64,000 nucleotides of DNA from a virus. Numbering within the stretch: the stretch's first letter is position 1; each line of letters starts with the position of its first letter. The DNA is taken from positions 1-64,000 of the IMG/VR virus record IMGVR_UViG_3300036715_000153; one strand, given 5' to 3'. Of this stretch, positions 11,866 to 21,005 are shown one piece after another. The translations under genes were made by a program, and so were the position numbers. The notes beneath the pieces are model-generated. The model was not told the origin of the DNA. It worked only from the letters and a program-made list of their open reading frames with translations, and did no database searches.

Positions 11866-11994
11866 GCATTACATACCCAGCATTCTAAATCCAAATTCAC
11901 CTAGTACGTATACTACAACAAACATCCCTAGTAACATAAGACCGAATTCTGCTGCGGCTATCAGAAATTCTTTAAACATTATTACTATCTCCTG

Positions 11995-12076
11995 TTTCGT
12001 TTAAGTTCATGTAGTGATTATACAGCCTTATTTGAATAATTCAACCTTTATTTGGAGTGGTTGTAAGTCATTGATT
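11995..12076 (-). promoter_or_regulatory. early promoter cassette copy 4 with IHF-consensus site
   Basis: AATCAATGACTTA(12076-12064); TTGAAT-N16-TATAAT-CACTACATGAACTTAAACGAAACAGGAG. Confidence 0.75.
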
Positions 12077-12715
12077 CTTATAGTCGCGTATTCTTTTATC
12101 GAGTGCTGCGCATAAATCATAATCAAACGGGTCGAACGTTATGGTATTATGTGAGAACGTGTTCAACTGTAATATCAAGCCTTTCTTAGGTTTACGACCG
12201 CATCGCTCATATATTGCCTGACTATAGAAACATATCTGCAGCTTATAGTCAAAGCACTGTTTTTCGGTCTTGAAATCCTTAAATCCACGATTCTTATAAT
12301 CTAGTACAGTAAGCAATTCATCCCAAATACAAATCATGTCTGTTCTTCCTGCTACTCCAAGACGATCACTATATAACGGAGCTTCTGTCTGAACCACAAA
12401 CGACAAGTGCTTATCTATCTGCCTCTTACCGAACTTAGCCATTTGCTCTGCAACTTTATTTGATTCAGTATGTTCTACCTTTTTGCAGTATGCCTCTAGG
12501 ATGTTGTGCATCGCGGAACCATTAGTGGTTGCTTCGGTTGTTATGCGCTTTGCCTCTTCTTCGCCGACTCGTTTCTTCCATTCGTCTAGAAACGACTTAT
12601 CGCCAGTGGCACTCAGAATGGTCGTAATAGAAGGGTACTTCTTGCCTTCAGGGGTGACGTAATGTCTTTTGCCCGATTCTAGCGTAACGCATTCCAGTTC
12701 TTTAAATACGTTCAT
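12068..12715 (-). CDS. PD-(D/E)XK exonuclease of T4-like phages
   Basis: RHYVTPEG..YPSITTILS, EW.KRVGEEEA, EAPLYS, AGRTD, VLDYKN, LQICFY. Confidence 0.85.
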   Translation of the reverse strand: MNVFKELECVTLESGKRHYVTPEGKKYPSITTILSATGDKSFLDEWKKRVGEEEAKRITTEATTNGSAMHNILEAYCKKVEHTESNKVAEQMAKFGKRQIDKHLSFVVQTEAPLYSDRLGVAGRTDMICIWDELLTVLDYKNRGFKDFKTEKQCFDYKLQICFYSQAIYERCGRKPKKGLILQLNTFSHNTITFDPFDYDLCAALDKRIRDYKNQ

Positions 12716-13100
12716 GGGTATTGGACGTATTGTCTTAAAGAGTTGCGAAGAGTTGCAATTTCATAATTGAGGCTATCGATCTCTCGTTGACGAGCCAGCC
12801 ATACGGCAAACAGTCGCGCAGTCACATAATCGTGATAGTCGCCGTTATCGTACTTTAACGTATTCGCTGTTTTAATTGCAGCCTCAAATTCAGATTGATA
12901 CGTTGGCAGTTTATTCATTTTTCCATCTCCTCAACAGAGTATTCGTTTTGTCTAAAGTGCATCCTCATGTGCTGTAACATGCCATCGAGTTGACCTCGAT
13001 CTTCTGTGTAGTAAACATCGCCAGACCACGTCACTGGCTTCGGTGGTTCTGAGGATCCAGCTGGTTTAACCATAGCTCTATAGTACATATACGTCACTCC

Positions 13101-14114
13101 TTAGTAGATTGCAAGTATTAACCAAGATTCCTTCCCACGTGCTTTAGGAGTAAGTGCGACTCCCTTAATTTCGTTAATCGCCTTCTGTGCTGCTCTAAAC
13201 GCGAGACCTTTAATCTGAGGTAACTGTTCTTCAGGCTTACGTAAGGTCTTAGCAACCGAAGTCGATGCTACGTTGATAAGCGTTGTGCCCTTTACACTAA
13301 GGCCGTCTGTCGTGCCTTCGAAGAACATAATGCGTCTACGTTGTTCGTCGAACACGAGGGCACCCTTAGCACCGACCAACTTAGTAAGTTTCACTCCGTC
13401 CGAGACTTTGGCTTTAAACTTAAGCACAACCTTTTCGGGTAGAACTGCCTTTTTAGGCTTAACTTTGCGGGGCTTCTTGGCTACAGTCGTTTTATCCAAT
13501 GCAGTTGCGATACCCGACATTAACCTAATAAGTGCGTTCACTTCGCGCTTATTACGATAAGCCGACTCGTCGAACGTTTCGTCTGATTCGTATTCTGCGA
13601 TCTTAGACTTAACAAATTTTAAGATAGCTCGCTTATGTACTGGCTTCAAACCATTAAACGTAGGAACCTTAACTGTACCTGTGGTAAGTACATCGTCGAT
13701 TGCGTAGTCGATCGACTCCATAAAGCCGTCTAATACAGTATCTCTAGCCACAACCTTATTAACAGCCGCAGCCTTCCTCTCTTCTTTTACAACAGAGACG
13801 ACCTTAAGAGCAGCAACGTATCTTGACTGAATGTGATCCGATATAGCCTGATCAAACGGTAATCCTCGATCAGTCATGCGCACTAAGAATCCAGCATTGC
13901 CTATAATATCAGACGCAGCTTTAGTTACGTCTGGGAACTTCTTAATAAACCACATCACAGAATCGTCGCGCGTCTTATTAGCGAGGTACCAGTTTAGAGA
14001 CCGCATCATATCAGATTTGGATACTTCCAGAACACCCTTAAACTTAGGCTCAAACCCTAGATGTAAGTCCATAGCATTTGTGCGCTGCGGTTCATTTTCG
14101 ACTTCTGTTTGCAT
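13101..14114 (-). CDS. hypothetical protein with basic C-terminus
   Basis: 337-aa ORF with own promoter; C-terminal KTLRKPEEQL segment recalled from T4-like phages. Confidence 0.65.
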   Translation of the reverse strand: MQTEVENEPQRTNAMDLHLGFEPKFKGVLEVSKSDMMRSLNWYLANKTRDDSVMWFIKKFPDVTKAASDIIGNAGFLVRMTDRGLPFDQAISDHIQSRYVAALKVVSVVKEERKAAAVNKVVARDTVLDGFMESIDYAIDDVLTTGTVKVPTFNGLKPVHKRAILKFVKSKIAEYESDETFDESAYRNKREVNALIRLMSGIATALDKTTVAKKPRKVKPKKAVLPEKVVLKFKAKVSDGVKLTKLVGAKGALVFDEQRRRIMFFEGTTDGLSVKGTTLINVASTSVAKTLRKPEEQLPQIKGLAFRAAQKAINEIKGVALTPKARGKESWLILAIY

Positions 14115-14137
14115 TGTAGTCTCTCCTGTTATCTAAC

Positions 14138-14210
14138 TCTATGTAGACATTATACAGTATTTTTGTGAAATGTCTACCTATTTCTGCAACTATCTGGTAA
14201 GTCATTGATT
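14138..14210 (-). promoter_or_regulatory. variant promoter cassette with IHF-consensus site
   Basis: AATCAATGACTTA(14210-14198); TAGACA-N16-TATAAT. Confidence 0.65.
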
Positions 14211-14216
14211 TCAATA

Positions 14217-14248
14217 GAAAGGGCACGATAACATTAATATCGTGCCCT
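14217..14248 (-). terminator. intrinsic terminator after phoH
   Basis: AGGGCACGATA/TATCGTGCCCT stem then TTC. Confidence 0.6.
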
Positions 14249-14280
14249 AACATTGCGTATGTTACTGTGTAAATCTAGTG

Positions 14281-15021
14281 TTATAGTCCCAGTGATTCTG
14301 CTGCTAACAAGAACTCCTTAACAAACCCACTACGAACGATGTCCTGTGGCATAAACTTTATCACTTCGACTGAAGGACAGCGATCGAGTATCTTAGATAT
14401 ATCGGCGAATCCAGACACGTCGTTTTTCTTAATCAAGTCTGTTTGCTTCTGATCTCCACAGAATATTATCCTACTGCCCTTTCCTAGCCTAGTCGCTACT
14501 GCCATCGCCTCCTGTAAATTGGTGTCCTGAATTTCGTCGAATAAAATGCAAGTATTGTTGAACGTCGTTCCCCTGAGAAATGACGTAGACATGAAATCGA
14601 CTTTATAGTTCTTCTCTAGTTCAGTCCACGCCTGTTTACTATGAAACATCGAGTTAGTCATATCTTTATACACTACAGAATACAAGGCCTCTTTTTCTTG
14701 TTGTGTTCCAGGAGTAAAACCTATGTCCCTCGTCTGTACCGCAGATCGAATAACTAACACCTTCCGTTCGGTCTTTTCTAGCATCCATTTTAAAGCTAGA
14801 TACATACCTAAGTAAGACTTACCTGTTCCAGCAGATCCGCCCATGAACAGATTAGATCCGCGCAAGAATGCTTCTATAGCCTGACCCTGTGGGTACGTCT
14901 TAGGTAATACTTCTGCAAGTTTAAACGTTTCTAGGGAGAAGGCGGGAGTGTGATGCTTATCGATCGGGTGAAGTTCATTATATATTTCAGACTGTGACAG
15001 CTTGCGTTTAGTTGGTCTCAT
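14281..15021 (-). CDS. phoH: PhoH-family ATPase
   Basis: GSAGTGKSY, RSAV..RDIGFTPG, FLRGTTF, DEIQD, TRLG, CGD.KQ.D, DIVRSGFVK. Confidence 0.93.
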   Translation of the reverse strand: MRPTKRKLSQSEIYNELHPIDKHHTPAFSLETFKLAEVLPKTYPQGQAIEAFLRGSNLFMGGSAGTGKSYLGMYLALKWMLEKTERKVLVIRSAVQTRDIGFTPGTQQEKEALYSVVYKDMTNSMFHSKQAWTELEKNYKVDFMSTSFLRGTTFNNTCILFDEIQDTNLQEAMAVATRLGKGSRIIFCGDQKQTDLIKKNDVSGFADISKILDRCPSVEVIKFMPQDIVRSGFVKEFLLAAESLGL

Positions 15022-15113
15022 ATAGTTGGTGTCTGTAGTTGGTTTGACTCATCATTTACTATTCGGTGTCTATTCGATATGTATCACCCCTTGACTGAAC
15101 TATATTCTACGAT

Positions 15114-15389
15114 CTAGTATTTATCCATAGTCGATCCGACTTGCCCTTTTGCCACGCCTGCCTTAATCGCACCTAATACTTCTTTAAAGCTACCCGGGGT
15201 CAACGTAGACAAATCCTTACGCTGGGTATTAAACCCGATCGCCAGTCCTTGTGTATAGTAAATGCTCATTCCGCCGACTTCATGGCACACGGGACATTCC
15301 ATCTCATCTATTTTAAATGAGGAAGAGCTGTAGAACTCGTCCTTAATTATGTTGTTACACTTGCTACACTGCATGTCATGGATTGGCAT
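15114..15389 (-). CDS. FmdB-like zinc-ribbon protein
   Basis: MPIHDMQCSKC...CPVC. Confidence 0.65.
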   Translation of the reverse strand: MPIHDMQCSKCNNIIKDEFYSSSSFKIDEMECPVCHEVGGMSIYYTQGLAIGFNTQRKDLSTLTPGSFKEVLGAIKAGVAKGQVGSTMDKY

Positions 15390-15401
15390 CTTATATATTC
15401 C

Positions 15402-15812
15402 TTATAGTGAATTCTTAATAGTCTCTTTATCTACGTTAGGGTACAATGTATTAAGATCGCCCTTAACTAACGCAATAAGAAAGTCTACTTCGTTTTGGTT
15501 AACAGAGTGGAGAATGTTAGCAAATATCTTATCCTTAGTCTTTTTATCGACACCAGACTTCTTGGTCAACATAATGATTCTATTTAAGTTGTTGGATAAA
15601 GTCTGCGGAGCGAGTCCATTCGGCAACAAATGCGTTGGGTAAACGACATCAGAGAAATCATCCCATTCGCCATTCAGCCACAGCCCCATCAATACTACGA
15701 ATGCACGGTCATTGATATAACCTTTAATGATTTTGGTTTGAGATTCGACATCTGCTGCTGCGTCGATTAATTCTAGGATTTCTGGCACTAGTCTGCCTAC
15801 ATAATATGTCAT
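15402..15812 (-). CDS. conserved T4-like hypothetical protein
   Basis: Probable start MTYYVG at 15812; LVPEILE...IFANILHSVNQNEVDFLI. Confidence 0.6.
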   Translation of the reverse strand: MTYYVGRLVPEILELIDAAADVESQTKIIKGYINDRAFVVLMGLWLNGEWDDFSDVVYPTHLLPNGLAPQTLSNNLNRIIMLTKKSGVDKKTKDKIFANILHSVNQNEVDFLIALVKGDLNTLYPNVDKETIKNSL

Positions 15813-15900
15813 TGGATCTTTCGGTGGTGTTATTATATCGCATTTAGTTAATACACTAGATTGCGTTCCTAATGCTATATCCAGCAACTTTAGTATCAAC

Positions 15901-16881
15901 TCATTCAAAGAAGTCAGTGAGATCATTCTTTTTCTCAGTAGTCCAGCCAATCGCGTCAGTCACTCCTTGCATCGGGCCTAAGAATGCGGATTCGTACATC
16001 TTTCTTCGGTCGATGTATTTATCTATGTTTAGCTCAACTGGGTACGCACCATCTCCCCAACCAAATACATCTGTTCTGTATGGGCTAGGTTTCATATAAC
16101 AAAATTTAATCTTACCGCCACTCTTAATGGGAGCATATTGGGTGAGATTAGCCTTAGCTATAAAGTGATTGTGGGTCAATGCAGCCTTAACGTTTTGTGG
16201 CGTCCCGGGAGCATACAGCGTATCATTAGGAACGGCCCACTTTGCTAAGTCGTTCACACCTCTCGGAAATGATATAGTCTCTACGGGTAACGTGTTAAAT
16301 AATAATTCTGTTTTGTCTATTAATTTCCACAGCGATTCTTGATCTCTCTTAATAACTAACTCGAATGCCTCTGTTAATGTATCTCTACAGAACTTGGGTG
16401 TCGACGATCTGTTTGTTTCTAGTCCAGTAATAGATAACTTCGGCGTAGCATAACGAATTCCTTCGTTGTCGTGTACTAAGCAGAAGTACCTCTTTTTCTT
16501 GCCCGTGAAGCAGATCGTCGATATTACCTTCTCGCGCTTAAACGATAGTCGGTTCTCTGCGGTATTACACCTAGCCCAAATATCTTTACAAAACCCATCC
16601 AATACGTCTGCCAGCTTAGTGTCTGCAAACTGACATAAAAAGTTAATAGGATCTTTGGGTTTGAACTTCTTAACAAAACAATCTAGATTAAGGAAACATG
16701 AGTCTGTATCTGCAGCCAACGTATAGTCGTCTTCTGGGAATCCTAACTTATGAAAGTAATCATTTATCTTAGATTGTAAGGATAAGTTAGATACTTGACC
16801 AGACAGCGTAATCGCCTCAGCGTTGACTATATCATATAAAGCAAAGTACTGGCTGCCTATAGCTCCGTAGAGCGAATTTGC
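15901..16881 (-). CDS. 43B: DNA polymerase B subunit gp43B, exon 2 (palm/thumb)
   Basis: ANSLYGAIG (motif B), AEAITLSGQ, ADTDS (motif C), KKKRY, GLETNRSSTP. Confidence 0.93.
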   Translation of the reverse strand, partial: ANSLYGAIGSQYFALYDIVNAEAITLSGQVSNLSLQSKINDYFHKLGFPEDDYTLAADTDSCFLNLDCFVKKFKPKDPINFLCQFADTKLADVLDGFCKDIWARCNTAENRLSFKREKVISTICFTGKKKRYFCLVHDNEGIRYATPKLSITGLETNRSSTPKFCRDTLTEAFELVIKRDQESLWKLIDKTELLFNTLPVETISFPRGVNDLAKWAVPNDTLYAPGTPQNVKAALTHNHFIAKANLTQYAPIKSGGKIKFCYMKPSPYRTDVFGWGDGAYPVELNIDKYIDRRKMYESAFLGPMQGVTDAIGWTTEKKNDLTDFFE

Positions 16882-17126
16882 CATTTGATGTTCAGAGGAA
16901 TTCGTTATTTTCCTCCCGCGTTTGCTGCTGTATATTCCTATACAGATCGGACTATATCTTCATCCTATTAATAGGAGTTCTGCATTTCGAGGCACTTGCC
17001 CCTACGCCTTTCGGCTAGTCTCTACACCTTCCCATATCAGGGCTTGGCTCGGTATTGTCCGTTCTGGAGTTCCACCGAATTAACAGAATTTTCATTAGAA
17101 ATTACTCTCTAATGCGCCACAATTTT
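16882..17126 (-). ncRNA. ORF-less group I intron (245 nt) in gp43B
   Basis: Minus strand: P AAUUCGGUGGAA, Q AAUACCGAGCC, R GUAGAGACUA, S AAGAUAUAGUCC; 5' exon ends in U, intron ends in G; guide UUGU-GGCG pairs both exons. Confidence 0.9.
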
Positions 17127-17237
17127 AACGGTTTTTAATCCCAGATCTTTGACAGCCAATCTTGAAATTGTCTTAGACAGACTTTCCTTTTTCCTCAAAA
17201 GCTCGTCTAATGGTATCGCTGTTAAATCTTCCAACAT
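17127..17237 (-). CDS. 43B: DNA polymerase gp43B exon 1 (37 codons, not in track)
   Basis: AAGGAG SD then MLEDLTAIPLDELLRKKESLSKTISRLAVKDLGLKTV; splicing restores KTVANSLYG. Confidence 0.85.
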
Positions 17238-18393
17238 CTTCTCTCCTTATAATTGTTTTACCATTTGAATCACTAACATCATAATCGCACCACATCTTTA
17301 TTATAACACCAAATTGAGGATATGTACACCCGTCAAAATCAATTAAAAATTTCATACGTTCTTCATTGGTGTTGAAGTGAGCTTTAAACTTATTATTAAT
17401 TGATTTGGTCGATATCTCTGGGCCAAACACACAAACCTTGTTAAATGTTGATATTGAATCAAACAAATAGCAATCGAATAAAACGTAATAACTATTTGAT
17501 GCCCCAAGTATATAATGAGATGAATTGCGGTGTTCTTCCCTTGTTATAATCCCACGTTCGCCGGTTAACAAGTTCAGCGCAGTCACGTTATTTGGATTGT
17601 TCATTGATAATAAACCGGACTCTGAACCATACAGTCTACCAGGAACAAATCCTGATGGTATAATATCAACAATTGGATCGATTTTGATTTGGATTTCTTT
17701 GTTATTGTACCACCTTAAACGCGATTGAGCGACCGACAGAGCTTGTTTATATTCGTCAGAATGCCCTAGGCTATACCCTGGTGGTATGTTTTTATCGTCT
17801 TTTTCTAAATATAAATTGGGTAGTCCTGGTGATGAGTAAAGGATTTTACCACTAATACCATTATTCAACTTCATTAGTTCCTTTGTTTCGTCAGATCTCG
17901 AAGAACCTGTGTTTATGGGTATATAATCACCAGACGTGTACCTTATGTCATCGACACTTATATATAACCTATCTGTTTCGTCATCTTTGTTTTTTACACC
18001 GAGCATACCAGACGACCGTAAACTTGAATTGCGCTTCTGTTCATCTGATTGTCGTCTACCTTTATTAGATTTACTAATCTGTTCAGATATATAATGTCTA
18101 GCAAGTTCAAACAAAACAGACGTTTTTTTGTCTCCCGGTATAACACGTCGCATTTGGTTAAATGCAAACCACATTTTATCACCATATATCTTTGCTAACA
18201 TCCAGTGACAAATATAGTGTTCTCTACAAGTTAGCACCTTTATGTTGTTTGGATCAAACTCTAAAGACGGGTCAATTGACCTTGGTATAATATGATGTCG
18301 CTCTAATCCGGATTTTGGTGTATATATTCTATTTGGTATTGAATCTAAAAATTTATAATACCTGGTGTTATAATGATTACTTTTTATCTGCAT
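17173..18393 (-). CDS. free-standing HNH homing endonuclease (Mob-like)
   Basis: ERHHIIPRS...NIKVLTCREHYICHWML; NUMOD3-like segments; WYNN...GFVPGR. Confidence 0.85.
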   Translation of the reverse strand: MQIKSNHYNTRYYKFLDSIPNRIYTPKSGLERHHIIPRSIDPSLEFDPNNIKVLTCREHYICHWMLAKIYGDKMWFAFNQMRRVIPGDKKTSVLFELARHYISEQISKSNKGRRQSDEQKRNSSLRSSGMLGVKNKDDETDRLYISVDDIRYTSGDYIPINTGSSRSDETKELMKLNNGISGKILYSSPGLPNLYLEKDDKNIPPGYSLGHSDEYKQALSVAQSRLRWYNNKEIQIKIDPIVDIIPSGFVPGRLYGSESGLLSMNNPNNVTALNLLTGERGIITREEHRNSSHYILGASNSYYVLFDCYLFDSISTFNKVCVFGPEISTKSINNKFKAHFNTNEERMKFLIDFDGCTYPQFGVIIKMWCDYDVSDSNGKTIIRREDVGRFNSDTIRRAFEEKGKSV

Positions 18394-18442
18394 GGTATGG
18401 AGCCCTCTATTATTAAATGCACCATACTATTTAGTTAATTTG

Positions 18443-19987
18443 CTATTCTGTCAATAATCTCCGTCTTATTTCGGCATCAATAGACTCGTATTGTTTCTTT
18501 AGTGCCTTCATTTCGGTCTTCGCTTTAGATCTGTTATCCAGCACCTGTTTAATGAGCGTGGGAATAATACCAATCTTGTTTTTATAATACAGTTGACCGT
18601 TTGCTGCTATCGTCATGTCGTATTTCTTAAGCACATCAGTCATCTCACTAACGTCTTCCCACGCATTTAGAATACTGGTGAGATTCTTTCTATAGTATGG
18701 CGTTAACTCTTCTGGTACATCGTGCATACCAACCATAGTCTCGGGAGAGATGTTGCACGTAATAATCATCGAGGGATACAGTGAAGTTGCGTCGATGGTT
18801 ACAACGTTATCAAACAAACCAGCAGGTGGCTCTTTAACATACGCACCCTCATACGCAACTTCCTTAGCATTGTGTCTTTCTGGTGGGAGGATTATTCCAT
18901 CCTTGATAAGAGAGTTATACACCAAACAAGTCCATAGTTTAACAGGAGAAAATACGTTCTGATAATTTGTCTTTGCGTTATATGCTAGTTCAACCTGTAA
19001 CTGAATCATCTTTAACTTTGCATCCATGCGCACAACGAGGTCCACGTCAATTATGTTGTAATCATTGTGAAGCTGAGGATGTTGTAACCACAAGTCGTCG
19101 ATAGATCCTTCGAACTCTACCTTTGTTTCGCCTGCTCCTAATACTAACTCAGAGATATATCCCAAACGATACGACTCTTCATTACCCGGTGAATATTTCT
19201 TATACAACTCTTGATAGTCTAAATGACTAATGCCTGCGATGTCGTATTCGGTTGTCTTGGACATGTGGTCGCCAGACTCTTTTTCCCGTATAATTCCAAA
19301 CGGTGACAACTGCAATACTGTCTTATCACCCAGAACTCTTTTAATTCTGTTATGGATGTATGGTATATCGAATAACTTAGAATACCACCCAGAGATGATA
19401 TCGGGGTAGTCTGATTTCCAGAAAGTGATAAGTCTGGTCAACAGATCGGTCTCGTCTACGCATCTAACATATACGATATCATCTGCTATAACCTTAATGC
19501 GTTCCACTGTCGTTTTGCTTGTGCTGTATTCAGCAGTAGACCACGTACGAAACTTCTTATCGATCGTAGAGTAAATAGTTATTGCTGTTATCTCTTGAAG
19601 TGCTGTCATTGGGTCGGGGAACCCGGCGTCAGACCTAACCTCAATATCCAAGAAGAATGTATTAATAAGATTCGAATCATACTCGATATCGTCGGGGTAT
19701 GTATCTCTAGCCCACTGCATTTCCCAGTTACGAGTTCCGTGGATGATCATGCCACTCACACCATCATATCTCTTAATGGCGTCTCTGGCGTCTTGGGTTG
19801 TATCGTATACTGTGGGCCTTAGGTTTATATTGCCAGTAAGAGCCTTAAATCCGGTCTCGTCTCTAGTCGGGAAATATAGCGTAGGTGTAAGGTTACATTC
19901 TACTAGATGTTTACGAACACCATTCTCAATGTATCTGTGTAAGATATTGCCACGGTGCTCTTTAATGTACGTAGGAAACTTAGCCAA
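18443..19987 (-). CDS. 43A: DNA polymerase B subunit gp43A (exonuclease + motif A)
   Basis: LDIEV, GWY..FDIPY, YNIIDV, YEGAYVKEP, DATSLYPS..ITCNISPET; ends at fingers helix with TAG; TTG start. Confidence 0.93.
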   Translation of the reverse strand: MAKFPTYIKEHRGNILHRYIENGVRKHLVECNLTPTLYFPTRDETGFKALTGNINLRPTVYDTTQDARDAIKRYDGVSGMIIHGTRNWEMQWARDTYPDDIEYDSNLINTFFLDIEVRSDAGFPDPMTALQEITAITIYSTIDKKFRTWSTAEYSTSKTTVERIKVIADDIVYVRCVDETDLLTRLITFWKSDYPDIISGWYSKLFDIPYIHNRIKRVLGDKTVLQLSPFGIIREKESGDHMSKTTEYDIAGISHLDYQELYKKYSPGNEESYRLGYISELVLGAGETKVEFEGSIDDLWLQHPQLHNDYNIIDVDLVVRMDAKLKMIQLQVELAYNAKTNYQNVFSPVKLWTCLVYNSLIKDGIILPPERHNAKEVAYEGAYVKEPPAGLFDNVVTIDATSLYPSMIITCNISPETMVGMHDVPEELTPYYRKNLTSILNAWEDVSEMTDVLKKYDMTIAANGQLYYKNKIGIIPTLIKQVLDNRSKAKTEMKALKKQYESIDAEIRRRLLTE

Positions 19988-19993
19988 AATAAA

Positions 19994-20050
19994 ACCCTCT
20001 GTGATGTATAATGTATCTTTAAGTATACACGATCAGAGGGTAAATGTAAA
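19994..20050 (-). promoter_or_regulatory. gp43A promoter embedded in SD-occluding hairpin
   Basis: TTTACA-N17-TATACT; ACCCTCTG..TGTATA / TATACA..CAGAGGGT stem followed by TTTATTTTG. Confidence 0.6.
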
Positions 20051-20102
20051 GAACTTTACTACTTTAACAACTTATCGTAATCGTGTGCCAATTCAACCGA
20101 TT

Positions 20103-20591
20103 TCATTTTGGTTCGACCTTTGTCTTAGATTGATACACTCGAATCGCATCTTGCAGTGACTCGACTTGTTGTCTACATGCAGCAGCGATAGCATAGTTGC
20201 CGGCTATCACTTCTTCTGCTTCGGCTAAAGTAACAGTAGACATCACCATAACGTCTTGTGGTACTGTGGGTAAGTCTTGATTCATAGCCGCAGAATTATG
20301 GTGGTCGATAAACCCCCTGTTAACAAATATCGTAGGGTTAACCCAATTAGGAGTCGCATCTGCTATATCTTTACCAGTCTTGTATATAACCTTAGTCTTA
20401 GTTACGTACTCTACGCGAACGTTAGACAGCTCATTGCCCAGTTTAATAGTTAAGTCTTTAACTGCCAGGTCGAATATCTGTAGCTGAACTTTATCTGCGT
20501 TGCCTTTAACGACGTACCCAGAAATAAACGCAGCTACAATGATACCAATACCAACAACTATTTTAATTACCTGCGGCGCGAGAGTTATCAT
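20103..20591 (-). CDS. inner-membrane spanin (Rz-like), putative
   Basis: N-terminal TM helix, helical periplasmic part, C-terminal NY..C..QV.SLQD. Confidence 0.6.
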   Translation of the reverse strand: MITLAPQVIKIVVGIGIIVAAFISGYVVKGNADKVQLQIFDLAVKDLTIKLGNELSNVRVEYVTKTKVIYKTGKDIADATPNWVNPTIFVNRGFIDHHNSAAMNQDLPTVPQDVMVMSTVTLAEAEEVIAGNYAIAAACRQQVESLQDAIRVYQSKTKVEPK

Positions 20592-20719
20592 GTTTTAGGT
20601 ATGATTGGGTTTAGTTGTTGTGGGGGAGCCATGAGCTCTTTACCAATGTCGAACGGAATCTGAACTGGTTTAGTATCACAGCATCCACTCAACAAAATTA
20701 CAAGGATTGCGTACTTCAT
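20588..20719 (-). CDS. lipoprotein, putative o-spanin (Rz1-like), 43 aa, not in track
   Basis: AGGAG SD; MKYAILVILLSGC lipobox then Pro-rich CDTKPVQIPFDIGKELMAPPQQLNPIIPKT; ATGA overlap with next gene. Confidence 0.65.
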   Translation of the reverse strand: MKYAILVILLSGCCDTKPVQIPFDIGKELMAPPQQLNPIIPKT

Positions 20720-20720
20720 A

Positions 20721-21005
20721 TCAATCTCCTGCGTATGTACCAGCTTTATCTGACTTCGCGATCGACGGAGCCGATCCCATGGACTGTGTCTTATGAACTG
20801 CGTGATATTCTTTATGTAAACCTAGATGCTTAAGATGTTCGTTGGCTTTGTCTATGACATCGTGATCGCCTGTAACCTCTATGTGAGTCTTGCCTTTATA
20901 AGCGTTTGGATGAAACGAGTGAACGTTGATATCTTTATTGCCGAGCTCTTGCTTGATGTGATCGTGCTCTACGGTCTCCGATAGAAATTCTTTATATGTT
21001 TTCAT
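20721..21005 (-). CDS. putative internal head protein
   Basis: N-terminus MKTYKEFLSE resembles T4 IP capsid-targeting sequence. Confidence 0.55.
   Translation of the reverse strand: MKTYKEFLSETVEHDHIKQELGNKDINVHSFHPNAYKGKTHIEVTGDHDVIDKANEHLKHLGLHKEYHAVHKTQSMGSAPSIAKSDKAGTYAGD

Noticed and set aside
16882-16884. ATG start of the track ORF MANSLYG
   Set aside because: It is the last three bases of the intron; starting here omits the motif-B lysine
17173-18393. HNH as an intron-encoded ORF or intein joining gp43A to gp43B
   Set aside because: All intron core elements lie in 16882-17126, gp43A has its own stop, gp43B exon 1 has its own SD, and no intein motifs are visible
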